A DNA stretch of 64,000 nt from Escherichia phage Ecwhy_1. Below are positions 42,010 to 51,576 of the stretch, piece by piece. Every line of letters starts with the position of its first letter. The first letter of the stretch is position 1. The notes below the pieces were generated by a model. It had not been told where the DNA came from, searched no databases, and saw only the letters and a program-made list of their open reading frames with translations. The stretch lies in the sequence record MH791411.1. One strand, 5' to 3'. Made by a program: the position numbers and the translations under genes.

Positions 42010-42828
42010 TTAGTGCATCCTTTTGTTACTCTTGTCCTTGTACCACACAAATGTTTTTACTGGTGGGTACTTTTCATTCTTTGGTGGTTCCGGCATATCA
42101 TACACAGTTGCATTTCTGAATTTTAAAATGTATGAATCCATTAAACGAATTATACAATAGTTCATGCACTTTTGTGCACGTTCTTTCCAAAAATGTTTAT
42201 ATGGTTCTGGACACCCAAGATAATCCAATTTGTACATACCCATAGCAGCTTGCATAAAGCGTTGGGCAGAGAACTTACGCTTGTCTACCTTACTAGCTCG
42301 ATGCTGGTCACATGTCCAACTAGAGATACCAGGGAGATGACAGAATAAATCAAAACTCACCATACTATCAAAGTACTTGTTATGACCGTTCAACTCTCCA
42401 TAAAATACCGCTTCGGAAACAGTTTCATATAGTGAGTAATTTGTATGTATATGTTCATTGTCAAATATAGCTTTTAGATCTTTGTAAGTTTCTGGTACTG
42501 GTGGCTCTGGTAACACTTCACCGAACGTCTCTAAGCACCAAATCTTCCACAAGCCTTTCGTAAATTTTACTTCAAGTTCTTTATCGCTGTCAATATAAAA
42601 AGTTTTCTCATTGATAAAAACTTTTCGTGCCATGTATGCTTTGAATACCGCATCAGGGTCGATATCTTCACGTTTGATATCGTCCCATCCTTTACCGATT
42701 CGAGAAATTTCGAATCGTCTCATATACATTCTACATGCCAAATCTTTAGTTGTACTACGATGATACTTGTCGTCTTGGTGAAGTTTGGTAGTCTCATGGA
42801 GAGATTTAAGCATGTTTAAAATTCTCAT
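42010..42828 (-). CDS. hypothetical protein
   Basis: Six-frame ORF, 272 aa. Confidence 0.55.
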   Translation of the reverse strand: MRILNMLKSLHETTKLHQDDKYHRSTTKDLACRMYMRRFEISRIGKGWDDIKREDIDPDAVFKAYMARKVFINEKTFYIDSDKELEVKFTKGLWKIWCLETFGEVLPEPPVPETYKDLKAIFDNEHIHTNYSLYETVSEAVFYGELNGHNKYFDSMVSFDLFCHLPGISSWTCDQHRASKVDKRKFSAQRFMQAAMGMYKLDYLGCPEPYKHFWKERAQKCMNYCIIRLMDSYILKFRNATVYDMPEPPKNEKYPPVKTFVWYKDKSNKRMH

Positions 42829-43505
42829 CGTAACACCAAATACTTCCCATCTTTACCTACTACATACTGATTACCGCTACGTAGGACGCTATAACTTTCA
42901 CCTAGTACCGAACTTAAGCGAGATGTATCTACCTGCGTATCGTTCGATAGAAGCTGTTTTACGTATGCTTCTGACACAAAGCCACTACCAGTACTGTAAT
43001 GTAGTTTACCATATGCAGTGTTTAGTGCAAGCATGTGACCTTCTTTAACAACAGATACACCAGCAAAGTCTAAAAATTCACTGATGGATTTAGGAATACC
43101 CAAATCGATACGTTGTTGAATTTCATCAAAATCAACATCAATCGGATCATTCACACCATAAAGCTGAATCTTCCAGCCAGGATTTGGGCAAATGTTTTCA
43201 ATAGTTTTGATAAGACGAAGTAGGTTTTCTGGAAATTCCGCATCACGTTCCATTTCAACGAATACCTGATAACGACCATCCAGGTTAGGTGTTTCAGCAG
43301 CTTCAGTATCAACTGCATCAATTGGAGACTTCTCAATAAAAGATGACAGGTCATATGCAGCATCAAAGTTGTTTAGTACTTGAAACATAACAACGATATT
43401 ACTATCTTCAATCTTAGGAGTATATTCATCTACACTAATAATAGGATGAATCAAATCCTTTAGTACTTGTGGACGTAAACCTTGTTCATTTAGTTTCTTT
43501 TTCAT
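42825..43505 (-). CDS. hypothetical acidic protein
   Basis: Six-frame ORF, 226 aa. Confidence 0.55.
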   Translation of the reverse strand: MKKKLNEQGLRPQVLKDLIHPIISVDEYTPKIEDSNIVVMFQVLNNFDAAYDLSSFIEKSPIDAVDTEAAETPNLDGRYQVFVEMERDAEFPENLLRLIKTIENICPNPGWKIQLYGVNDPIDVDFDEIQQRIDLGIPKSISEFLDFAGVSVVKEGHMLALNTAYGKLHYSTGSGFVSEAYVKQLLSNDTQVDTSRLSSVLGESYSVLRSGNQYVVGKDGKYLVLR

Positions 43506-44068
43506 TGCATACCACCTTGTTGTACATCATCAGATACTTCTACATCTAAATCAACATCTTCACCAGTAATTGGCTCATCTGATGGTTCTTGTGCATTCAT
43601 AGGATTACTATTGAACTCGGAAGCCATTAGTTTGTATTCGTCAAAACTTTCAGGGTTGATTAGGTTTCTAGGAATTTGTACACGAACCAATAGAACTGGA
43701 ATTCGTTCATTTTTCGGAATACGAACAGAACCAGATTGCGTTGCCACACTCTTCATATCAGCCTGACGGTTAGGTTCTTGAATAGGTGTAATTTCATAAT
43801 CTGCTTTCACATATACCTTAGTCCCGTGCTTCTCAAGAATTGAGAATGCAGTAGGATCAGGGAAATTCTCACGATAGTATTTGAATGTCACAGTACACCA
43901 GTACTTACTAACAATCGGACCTTCAACGAGTTCACCTTCGATGATACCATGATATGCGTACAAATCATTATCATCAAAATATTTTTCAACAGCCAGAAGT
44001 ATATCTAGCATACCGCTGTTATCATACAACTGCTGGACTGCATTATCTGTATAATCTAAATCATCCAT
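43502..44068 (-). CDS. hypothetical protein with acidic C-terminal tail
   Basis: Six-frame ORF, 188 aa. Confidence 0.5.
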   Translation of the reverse strand: MDDLDYTDNAVQQLYDNSGMLDILLAVEKYFDDNDLYAYHGIIEGELVEGPIVSKYWCTVTFKYYRENFPDPTAFSILEKHGTKVYVKADYEITPIQEPNRQADMKSVATQSGSVRIPKNERIPVLLVRVQIPRNLINPESFDEYKLMASEFNSNPMNAQEPSDEPITGEDVDLDVEVSDDVQQGGMQ

Positions 44069-44167
44069 GTTTTATATTATCCTTAAAAAACTAGCACATA
44101 TAATACTATTTACTACTTTTAAAAAACAATAAAAGGGGATTAAATAATCCCCATTGTTTTTACTATA

Positions 44168-44794
44168 TTATTGGTAATATTTCGACAGTACTGAATAGAT
44201 TTTTAAACGTAGTTCATCCCAGTTGTTAACATAGTCATACCCATAACCATTTTTATACATATGATTGTGGGACGCTCGCATCATAACTGATGGGATACCC
44301 AATTCCATTGATGTTTCAATATTATTGATATAATCATCAATCATCAGTTTTACGTCATATCGTTCTTTTAATTCTACTAGTGCTTCATGCTTAGATTCAT
44401 TCATTTCAACAATGATGATTTCATCAAAACATGTCTCACCAAATACATGCATAAGATTAGTATTGCGAAGTACCTCGCTATAACCTTTCTTACCACACTT
44501 AGTCAGTACTATGAATTTTTCCTTGTAAAAACGATCACGCAGTTCATGCATAATACTTACAGTGTTAGTTTCTACAGGTTTTAGTAATCCAAACATATAC
44601 GAACGTTGATTGAATTCAGTAATGATCTCTTGAACTTTTTCTCGTGAAACACCAAACCATTCAGATAAATCGTATGCGAGTGGGTATGGTGTTGTTGGGT
44701 TGATATCATATTGGAGTTTTGCGTATTCTCCTAATGAACCAATGTGATCTAGTAGTACTTCATCACAGTCGAATACAATACAACGGTCTTTCAT
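44168..44794 (-). CDS. HAD-superfamily hydrolase (possible 5'(3')-deoxyribonucleotidase)
   Basis: Motif I IVFDCDEVLLDH (DxDxV), Lys in LTKCGKKGY, motif IV-like KLMIDDYINN. Confidence 0.5.
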   Translation of the reverse strand: MKDRCIVFDCDEVLLDHIGSLGEYAKLQYDINPTTPYPLAYDLSEWFGVSREKVQEIITEFNQRSYMFGLLKPVETNTVSIMHELRDRFYKEKFIVLTKCGKKGYSEVLRNTNLMHVFGETCFDEIIIVEMNESKHEALVELKERYDVKLMIDDYINNIETSMELGIPSVMMRASHNHMYKNGYGYDYVNNWDELRLKIYSVLSKYYQ

Positions 44795-45747
44795 TACATG
44801 TTCCCCGAACAGATTAGGTCAATCTCACACAGTAATGCACTGAGATTCATTTCACGGTCAGACACAGTAGCTTGTTTAACAACAGCGTCACGAATCTTAA
44901 CCTTAATTTTCATTAGAGTAATTTCATCAGTACTGAACATTTCTGCATTACGATACAGATAAGAGAAGAATGCATCCATCTCATCATCAGGAATGTTTTG
45001 CACGATCTGCTCACGCATTTGACGAATGTTACCAGCTTTTAGTGCATCAATAATGGCAGTACGATACCCAGCAGAGTTCTCAATACTGTCTTCTAGTTTT
45101 ACAAGTTTACCATCGACTACTGAACTTTGCAATACGTTTAGCGTTTTGCGGAAATCAGGATATGAAGCATTGATGTATTTTTGTACTTGTTCAATACTTT
45201 CATCAGTACTTAGATCTACTCCTTCTGCCAATAGTACGTTGTAGATGCGTGACATGAATTGTTCCATATCATGCTTCTCAATGGTGATGACCTGAACACG
45301 AGAGATAATAGGTTTCTGAATCTTATGTGGTTCATTACTGGTAAGAATGAAACGAGCATTTTCATGGTAATCTTCCATGACACGTTTCAAGCTACCCTGT
45401 GCTTTGTGGTTCATTTGTTCCATTTCTTCCAGAACAAATACACGATAACGACCAAAACATGATAGTTTTGCTGCTGCATCAATTTTGTCACGAACAGCAT
45501 CGATACCTTCATCTGACATATTCAGTGTTGTTACATCACTAGGGTCAAGGTGTCCGTTAGCTTCCAGACCATTCAGTAGTACTTTGATTGCTGAAGTTTT
45601 TCCTGTCCCTGCTGGTCCAAAAAATCCAATATGTGGGATATCACCAGTACGAATCCATTCTTCCATCTTCTGACGTAGGGCTTCGTTCTTAGATACATAA
45701 TCTTCCATAGTTTGTGGGCGGTATTTTTCAGTCCATAATGTAGTCAT
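44794..45747 (-). CDS. clamp-loader AAA+ ATPase subunit (T4 gp44 / RFC small-subunit-like)
   Basis: EKYRPQTMEDY, Walker A GPAGTGKTS, Walker B VFVLEE, sensor ILTSN, SRVQVI; aligns with T4 gp44 from memory. Confidence 0.8.
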   Translation of the reverse strand: MTTLWTEKYRPQTMEDYVSKNEALRQKMEEWIRTGDIPHIGFFGPAGTGKTSAIKVLLNGLEANGHLDPSDVTTLNMSDEGIDAVRDKIDAAAKLSCFGRYRVFVLEEMEQMNHKAQGSLKRVMEDYHENARFILTSNEPHKIQKPIISRVQVITIEKHDMEQFMSRIYNVLLAEGVDLSTDESIEQVQKYINASYPDFRKTLNVLQSSVVDGKLVKLEDSIENSAGYRTAIIDALKAGNIRQMREQIVQNIPDDEMDAFFSYLYRNAEMFSTDEITLMKIKVKIRDAVVKQATVSDREMNLSALLCEIDLICSGNM

Positions 45748-45773
45748 GTTTTATTTCCTTGTATATTAGGTGT

Positions 45774-46043
45774 TTATGAAATCCAATCTGCATAATCATA
45801 CAACAATGCAGTGAATAAGTCTTCTGTCATTTCAAGTTGATTAAACAAAAAATTAAATGAGTTTGCTTTGTTCTTCACACCCATTGCTTCGGCCTGGGCT
45901 GATACGATAAGTAAGTACTTAAACATATCATGAGAAACTTCATATACGTACTTCGTGTTAGTTCTATCTTCAAACATAAATCGTCCATTTTTAGAAACTA
46001 ACGTAACGTCAGAAAAACTATATTTTCCATCATCAGTTATCAT
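45774..46043 (-). CDS. hypothetical protein
   Basis: Six-frame ORF, 89 aa. Confidence 0.45.
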   Translation of the reverse strand: MITDDGKYSFSDVTLVSKNGRFMFEDRTNTKYVYEVSHDMFKYLLIVSAQAEAMGVKNKANSFNFLFNQLEMTEDLFTALLYDYADWIS

Positions 46044-46099
46044 GTATTTTCATCCAAATAAAAAGCCCAGATAATATATCCGAGCTTTAGATTTATGTT

Positions 46100-46426
46100 T
46101 TAACGACCAAATGTTTGAGCAGAGATGCGTGGATCAGTGTCAGATACCAAACTTACTGCTGCTGGATAATCAACGAGATTCATTTTAATACCATCAATCT
46201 CAATAGTTCTCGACCAACGACCGTGGTCAATTAGAATCCATTGTCCTTCTTTGATATCGGTAATGTCTTCACCAACAGAATATACTTTAGCCCAACGACA
46301 ACGAATACCACGTATCTTACCATCATCACTTGTCAGTACAATACCACCTGCGGTTTTACGCTCACCATGTTCTAGTTCAGTTACAATAACTTTACCTTTA
46401 CAAGCTGTCATTACTTTATTGGTCAT
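46100..46426 (-). CDS. GroES / Cpn10-like co-chaperonin
   Basis: KGKVIVTELEHGERKTAGGIVLTSDDGKIRG parallels bacterial GroES (RVIVKR.E.E.K.AGGIVL); about 108 aa. Confidence 0.6.
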   Translation of the reverse strand: MTNKVMTACKGKVIVTELEHGERKTAGGIVLTSDDGKIRGIRCRWAKVYSVGEDITDIKEGQWILIDHGRWSRTIEIDGIKMNLVDYPAAVSLVSDTDPRISAQTFGR

Positions 46427-46429
46427 GAA

Positions 46430-46774
46430 TTACTCCTGATCTTTAGTTTTTGCTCGGCGTGGAGCTTTCTTCTCTTCAGATACTTCAACTTCTGGTTCTT
46501 GTGGTTGAACTTCAAAGCTTTCATCATCCCATACTTCTTCAGTACTATATTCAGCACTGTGAAGTTGGTGTTCAGGAATGAAATCAGGAATTTGCATTTC
46601 ACGTTCTTTTTCTTGGATTAGTTCTTCACGGGTTTTAATGACCGTACCACCTGAACCAATCTTATCACCACGAGCATTTAGGTTTGCATTACCTAGTGCG
46701 ACTTTGTGCTGGTTTTGATACTTTAGCATATCCATATCAATGGTGGTTCCACGATAAGTTGTGTGTTTTGACAT
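46430..46774 (-). CDS. hypothetical protein
   Basis: Six-frame ORF, 114 aa. Confidence 0.5.
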   Translation of the reverse strand: MSKHTTYRGTTIDMDMLKYQNQHKVALGNANLNARGDKIGSGGTVIKTREELIQEKEREMQIPDFIPEHQLHSAEYSTEEVWDDESFEVQPQEPEVEVSEEKKAPRRAKTKDQE

Positions 46775-46837
46775 ATAAAAATCCTTTTTCTATGTGAGTG
46801 ATATAACGCCTCAAACAACATTATATCACATGTTTTT

Positions 46838-47356
46838 CTACCATTTCAAAAATTCATTTACATCTAGTTTATACTTCAAAGAATCAACCATATGCAAATC
46901 AATCAGGAACAAACAATACGAAGCCACTGAACTACCACGCCCAAGACCCCAAAAAATATTGTGCTCTTCCATATAATCAACTAACCAGATCATACATCTT
47001 AAAAGCTTAGTCATGTTGTAATGTTCAAACAAATCAATCTCATACATTACACGTTCACGGGCTTCATCCGATGTACATTTCTGTAAAAAGTACTCACGCA
47101 AGTTGATGTTATCGTACACTGGATCATAACGCCATAGTTCATGGTTTTTATCATGTTCTATTGTATAATCCAGCATACGCTGTTCTAAACCAAATTTTTT
47201 ACAATTATCGTTAAATTTCAATCGTTCCGGTTCATCAATCTCCTGTAGCTGTAAGTACTGAATATCTGCACCACAGTTGATTGCATACACGACTGCATTA
47301 AGGTTACATTTTACATCACCATTGGGACTTATAAATCTGTTTCCTTGTACTTTCAT
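46838..47356 (-). CDS. hypothetical protein
   Basis: Six-frame ORF, 172 aa. Confidence 0.5.
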   Translation of the reverse strand: MKVQGNRFISPNGDVKCNLNAVVYAINCGADIQYLQLQEIDEPERLKFNDNCKKFGLEQRMLDYTIEHDKNHELWRYDPVYDNINLREYFLQKCTSDEARERVMYEIDLFEHYNMTKLLRCMIWLVDYMEEHNIFWGLGRGSSVASYCLFLIDLHMVDSLKYKLDVNEFLKW

Positions 47357-47627
47357 TTTTCTTCTTCTGATCCTCTTCGTTATCCGTTAAGTAAGAGTTC
47401 ATGTCAAATATACATGGGTCTTGCTCATCATAGGAGGTTTTTTCTTTTTGTCCCTGACGAATCTCTAATTCAGCATAGCACTGATTCAGAACGGTTTGCA
47501 TGTTACCAACAATCATATCACTCATACCTGCTGCACGAGCAGACGTAATACGCATCGATTGTTCGTTAATTTTCAATTGTAACTCTTTCTCGGTCATGGT
47601 TGATGGATCAAAAAATGGATTGAACAT
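47316..47627 (-). CDS. hypothetical protein
   Basis: Six-frame ORF, 103 aa. Confidence 0.45.
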   Translation of the reverse strand: MFNPFFDPSTMTEKELQLKINEQSMRITSARAAGMSDMIVGNMQTVLNQCYAELEIRQGQKEKTSYDEQDPCIFDMNSYLTDNEEDQKKKNESTRKQIYKSQW

Positions 47628-47628
47628 A

Positions 47629-50025
47629 TCATCCTCCTAAATTGCTGTTTTGTAATGAAATCAAAAATGTATCATGAACGTAGTTTTCGAATTCATGTGC
47701 AAAGAATCCAAATTCAACTCCTGTGATTTCAAACTCAACACCAACCATCTTACCATGTTCATTGTTCTGAAGTAAAGTGTTAAAGAATGCTTCACCCTTT
47801 CCTGGTGCACAGTATGCAACTGGAATGATTGGCATGAATTTCTTTTTAACTCCATTTTCTTCGTATGGGTGATTCATGAAACGAGGAACAGTGTCAAGCA
47901 TCTCATCAGAAATTCCAGGTATAGCATCTACATACAAACCACGGTTTTGTAAATCAGTTGGGTCTTTCACAAGGTTAGTTGTGTCTTCGCCAATTGCTGC
48001 AAAAATATTTTGACGCAAGCCAAATATTTCACCGAGTGTTCCGTTATCAATTTGCGTGTAACTTCTTGGATTCTTAGAAACCGACACCAATGAACCTGCT
48101 GGTAAAACTTCACGGTATAATATATCATACTGCAAGTTACCTTGGTTGTCAAGTGCTGACATTACTTTATAGTTGCCCATTACCATTCTAAATTTTCCAT
48201 CAGGTATAGTTGCACCAGTTTGGTTTATGATATTTTCCCTAAGTACTTTTTTAATATCACTCAACGTAGTGTAAGTATAGTTCTGACTCAAAAAGTTTTC
48301 TTTTAATAAAATACGTGGTACTTTTTGTAACCCGTATCTATCATCTGATTGACGATGGAAAGCTTGATTTGTAAATGATGGTGTACTAATACACTTAAAC
48401 CATTCACGTTCAAAATAAACAGAAGGTACAATATGTGCACTTAAGTAGTTTTGTCCAAAACCACGTACAATTTTAAGTTTAAATAACTTGGACGCAACAC
48501 CACCTTCAGTGTCATATGCTTTGATGTTGAATTCTAAATTTATATCATCATTTGCACTGAAATCTAAACTTTTTGCATATGCCGTCCCGACCAAGAACCC
48601 ATCTGCGGTGAGGTCCAAACCATATTTGCGAATATCATCAGGTCCACCATCTAATACATAAGATACCTGATTAGTACTGGTAGTTTGTATTTGTGGATAA
48701 GTACTGTGACCGAAATATTCACCCACATGAATACTACCTAAATCACTATCAGTTGTGAAGTCTATTGAGTTTTCTTCTTCTGCGTTCACTAGAACACGGA
48801 ACATCTTCTCTTCACCTATAATATTCTCACCTAAGCTTGAATCATAATATCCTAAATCAATCCAATCTGAACTTTTAAACACTGGCTTTGTTTCACCTAG
48901 ATCATATTCACCAGAGATTACATATGGATATACAACGTTATCTTTCAACTGATACAAATGATTAGGTAAAGGTTTATCACCATCAGCGTATATACCATCT
49001 ACATTGTCTGGACATACCCACATTTGATATGCTTTGAAACGTTGGTTTATAGCGAAGCGGTCAGTGTCATAACTATATGTACTCAAAATATCAACAATTT
49101 CAACTTTGAAATATGCATCACATGCATCAGAGTCATATAGGAATGTTTGCAGAAATTGTCCATTTGGGTTGAAAACCAATCCTGAATCTAGTAACTCCCC
49201 AGAGCTAGTTTGAATATTAACCTTAATTTCTTTATTAATACCAAATACAGGCCATATATTATCAATAGGACGTAGGATTGCATAATCATCAGTAATGTGG
49301 CGAGCAGGAACTTCTGCTGGGGTCATATCGAGTAGACGATACGCTGGATAAAATACTCTAGGAGATAGGTCAGTTGATGTATCAGTTCCTAAAATAAATG
49401 GACGACGGCGACCAAATCCCTGTACAAATAAAGTACTGTTGGAACCGTATTCAATATCGCCAATACAATATAATTTGTCATCATCACCGATTTCGATTCC
49501 AGGAGTAACCCACACTTCCTGACTATCATATTCAATTGTTACTTCATTTGAACCAATTTCACCACTAGGGGAAATGTTACCATAGTACATAACATTTACT
49601 GCTTGAAGATAGAAGTTAATCTGTTCAGAGTTGTTAAATGTACCATCATCTTTACAATGCAATTTAATAAAATAAACATCTTCGGTATTAGTGCTTGCCG
49701 ATAGATCAAATTGAGTTTTATCAATTTTACATTTGTGCTTACCATTAATCAACTTGTTACCAGTAATACCTGATGATATAGGTGTGAGATTAGATTCATC
49801 ATTACCAACATACACTGCGTAGTGATCTTCTGGTTGAAATACTGCATCAGAACTGTCCAAACCCTGAATAGTTAGAATCATCTCTAAGTATTCGTTTTCA
49901 TTAAGTATATAACTATCATCCGTTGTGGTTTCTTTGTTGATACTCAAACGCACAAGAATGTCTTGTCCTTCTTGTATATATCGAGCATCGGCTTTTATAT
50001 CCCATCTAGGGGTAAAAGTTGTCAT
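47629..50025 (-). CDS. large hypothetical protein (about 800 aa)
   Basis: Six-frame ORF 47629..50052; GGAG RBS precedes the second Met (MTTFTPRWD) at 50025; no recognisable catalytic motif. Confidence 0.55.
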   Translation of the reverse strand: MTTFTPRWDIKADARYIQEGQDILVRLSINKETTTDDSYILNENEYLEMILTIQGLDSSDAVFQPEDHYAVYVGNDESNLTPISSGITGNKLINGKHKCKIDKTQFDLSASTNTEDVYFIKLHCKDDGTFNNSEQINFYLQAVNVMYYGNISPSGEIGSNEVTIEYDSQEVWVTPGIEIGDDDKLYCIGDIEYGSNSTLFVQGFGRRRPFILGTDTSTDLSPRVFYPAYRLLDMTPAEVPARHITDDYAILRPIDNIWPVFGINKEIKVNIQTSSGELLDSGLVFNPNGQFLQTFLYDSDACDAYFKVEIVDILSTYSYDTDRFAINQRFKAYQMWVCPDNVDGIYADGDKPLPNHLYQLKDNVVYPYVISGEYDLGETKPVFKSSDWIDLGYYDSSLGENIIGEEKMFRVLVNAEEENSIDFTTDSDLGSIHVGEYFGHSTYPQIQTTSTNQVSYVLDGGPDDIRKYGLDLTADGFLVGTAYAKSLDFSANDDINLEFNIKAYDTEGGVASKLFKLKIVRGFGQNYLSAHIVPSVYFEREWFKCISTPSFTNQAFHRQSDDRYGLQKVPRILLKENFLSQNYTYTTLSDIKKVLRENIINQTGATIPDGKFRMVMGNYKVMSALDNQGNLQYDILYREVLPAGSLVSVSKNPRSYTQIDNGTLGEIFGLRQNIFAAIGEDTTNLVKDPTDLQNRGLYVDAIPGISDEMLDTVPRFMNHPYEENGVKKKFMPIIPVAYCAPGKGEAFFNTLLQNNEHGKMVGVEFEITGVEFGFFAHEFENYVHDTFLISLQNSNLGG

Positions 50026-50113
50026 TATAATTCTCCATAGCCAAGCTACCATTATCTATAGATTATTTATATAAAGGACAAGGAAGACCCATAAAGGTCT
50101 TCCCTGTTTATAA

Positions 50114-51526
50114 TCAATCTTCAGTTTTTGGCGTGAAGTCAATCTTACGTAGTTCTTTCAACTCATCTTTATAGATGTTCCAAATCAAATCATGATTCGA
50201 CAGGAGATTGTTATATTCATCCATTAAATCCAAGTTATGTTGAATATCAGCTAGTACTGATTGATAATTGTCTTGGGTCCAACGATATGATGGGAAGTTT
50301 ACGATGCTTTGAATATTCTCATCGGTTGCTTCGATTTCAGTGTTTAATGATTTAACAAACTCAACCATTTCTGAACGGTTAGCAAAACCCTTAACCTTAG
50401 CAATCATATCATTATCAAAACATTCTTTGATTAGAATCTTATAACGCACTTCAGCAGCACAATCATCAAGTTTCTTCTCATAGCGTTTCACATAGTATTT
50501 GAAACGGAATTCAACAAAGTCCTTAATCAAATCCATTGTGTTATCATAGACTTTAACCTTACCATTCTCACCTAGAACAGTTAGAATTTGTGTCATTTTC
50601 TTATGAATACCAAAGTATTCAATTACGTCTTTTTCTACCCATTTGGCAGATGTACCGCGTGGTAGTTTGATTGTGATATCAATAACATCAGTACTATCAT
50701 TATCATAATCACGAATATCACCATCATCGCTCATCTTAATGAGTTTCTCGATGAATTTCTCAATACTGTAGTTTGGTGGTAGACCTGTCACTTTAACAGT
50801 ACTGGCATCAATTACTTGTGCTTTACCATAGAACTCATATTTGTTTTCATCAAGCTTAGTTACGATATCACTTGCACCACATGAAACATAGTATGGAGTC
50901 ATTTCTTTTAATGGTTTTTTATCAATAGCACGAATACAGTTATCAATAACATCTTCAATCTTATGTGGTAGAATTGTACTCTTATAACCTACTGACATAC
51001 TATCGTTACCAAACAAAGATAGTGGGATGATAGGTAAAAAGAAACTTGGTTCCATTGTAGTACCATCATAGTTCTCTTTCATTGGAATAATGTCAGCGTC
51101 ACGTAGCACTAACATTTCAGTACTTTTATTCTTTTTAACATAAGTATAACGAGCAGAAGCTGGAGTACTGTTTACTTGTGTACCAAAACCACCACGTTTA
51201 CCAATGAGTGGGTAGTTGTTTACTACTGGTGATGCTAAGTTCTGGAGAGTTCCAGATGCAGATGTATCACCGTGTAGATAGATACCATCACTAATCATTT
51301 TACCAGCACATGATACAGTTTTGATTTCACCACTAACTTTTGAGAGGGTGAAGATTGCTTTACGTTGTGAACTCTTAAGGCCATCAATCCCAGGGATTGC
51401 ACGGTCTAGTGTGTACATTGAATATTCTAGTGATGTGGTATTCACATAATCAGAACTGTTATAATCTAGTAGAGTTAGTGTTTGGTTATCGATGCTTTGA
51501 TTTTCGGTTTTTTTACTTTTAGCCAT
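50114..51526 (-). CDS. DNA topoisomerase II medium subunit (gp52-like, GyrA-type)
   Basis: N-terminal YSMYTLDRAIPGIDGLKSSQRKAIF matches the GyrA/ParC breakage-reunion region; 470 aa, adjacent to the gp39-like gene. Confidence 0.75.
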   Translation of the reverse strand: MAKSKKTENQSIDNQTLTLLDYNSSDYVNTTSLEYSMYTLDRAIPGIDGLKSSQRKAIFTLSKVSGEIKTVSCAGKMISDGIYLHGDTSASGTLQNLASPVVNNYPLIGKRGGFGTQVNSTPASARYTYVKKNKSTEMLVLRDADIIPMKENYDGTTMEPSFFLPIIPLSLFGNDSMSVGYKSTILPHKIEDVIDNCIRAIDKKPLKEMTPYYVSCGASDIVTKLDENKYEFYGKAQVIDASTVKVTGLPPNYSIEKFIEKLIKMSDDGDIRDYDNDSTDVIDITIKLPRGTSAKWVEKDVIEYFGIHKKMTQILTVLGENGKVKVYDNTMDLIKDFVEFRFKYYVKRYEKKLDDCAAEVRYKILIKECFDNDMIAKVKGFANRSEMVEFVKSLNTEIEATDENIQSIVNFPSYRWTQDNYQSVLADIQHNLDLMDEYNNLLSNHDLIWNIYKDELKELRKIDFTPKTED

Positions 51527-51576
51527 TCCATTGTCTCTTTGTAAAAGGGGAACACCATGTTCCCCATTAATCTATA

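Noticed and set aside
43502-44794. gp62 (clamp-loader small subunit) or gp45 (sliding clamp) next to the gp44-like gene
   Set aside because: The neighbours show an HAD-hydrolase motif or no recognisable similarity to T4 gp62/gp45; they are left as hypothetical rather than forced into T4 synteny.
47629-50052. rIIA-like or tail-fibre identity for the 800-aa protein
   Set aside because: No GHKL ATPase motif and no collagen-like or repetitive fibre signature; insufficient evidence for either.
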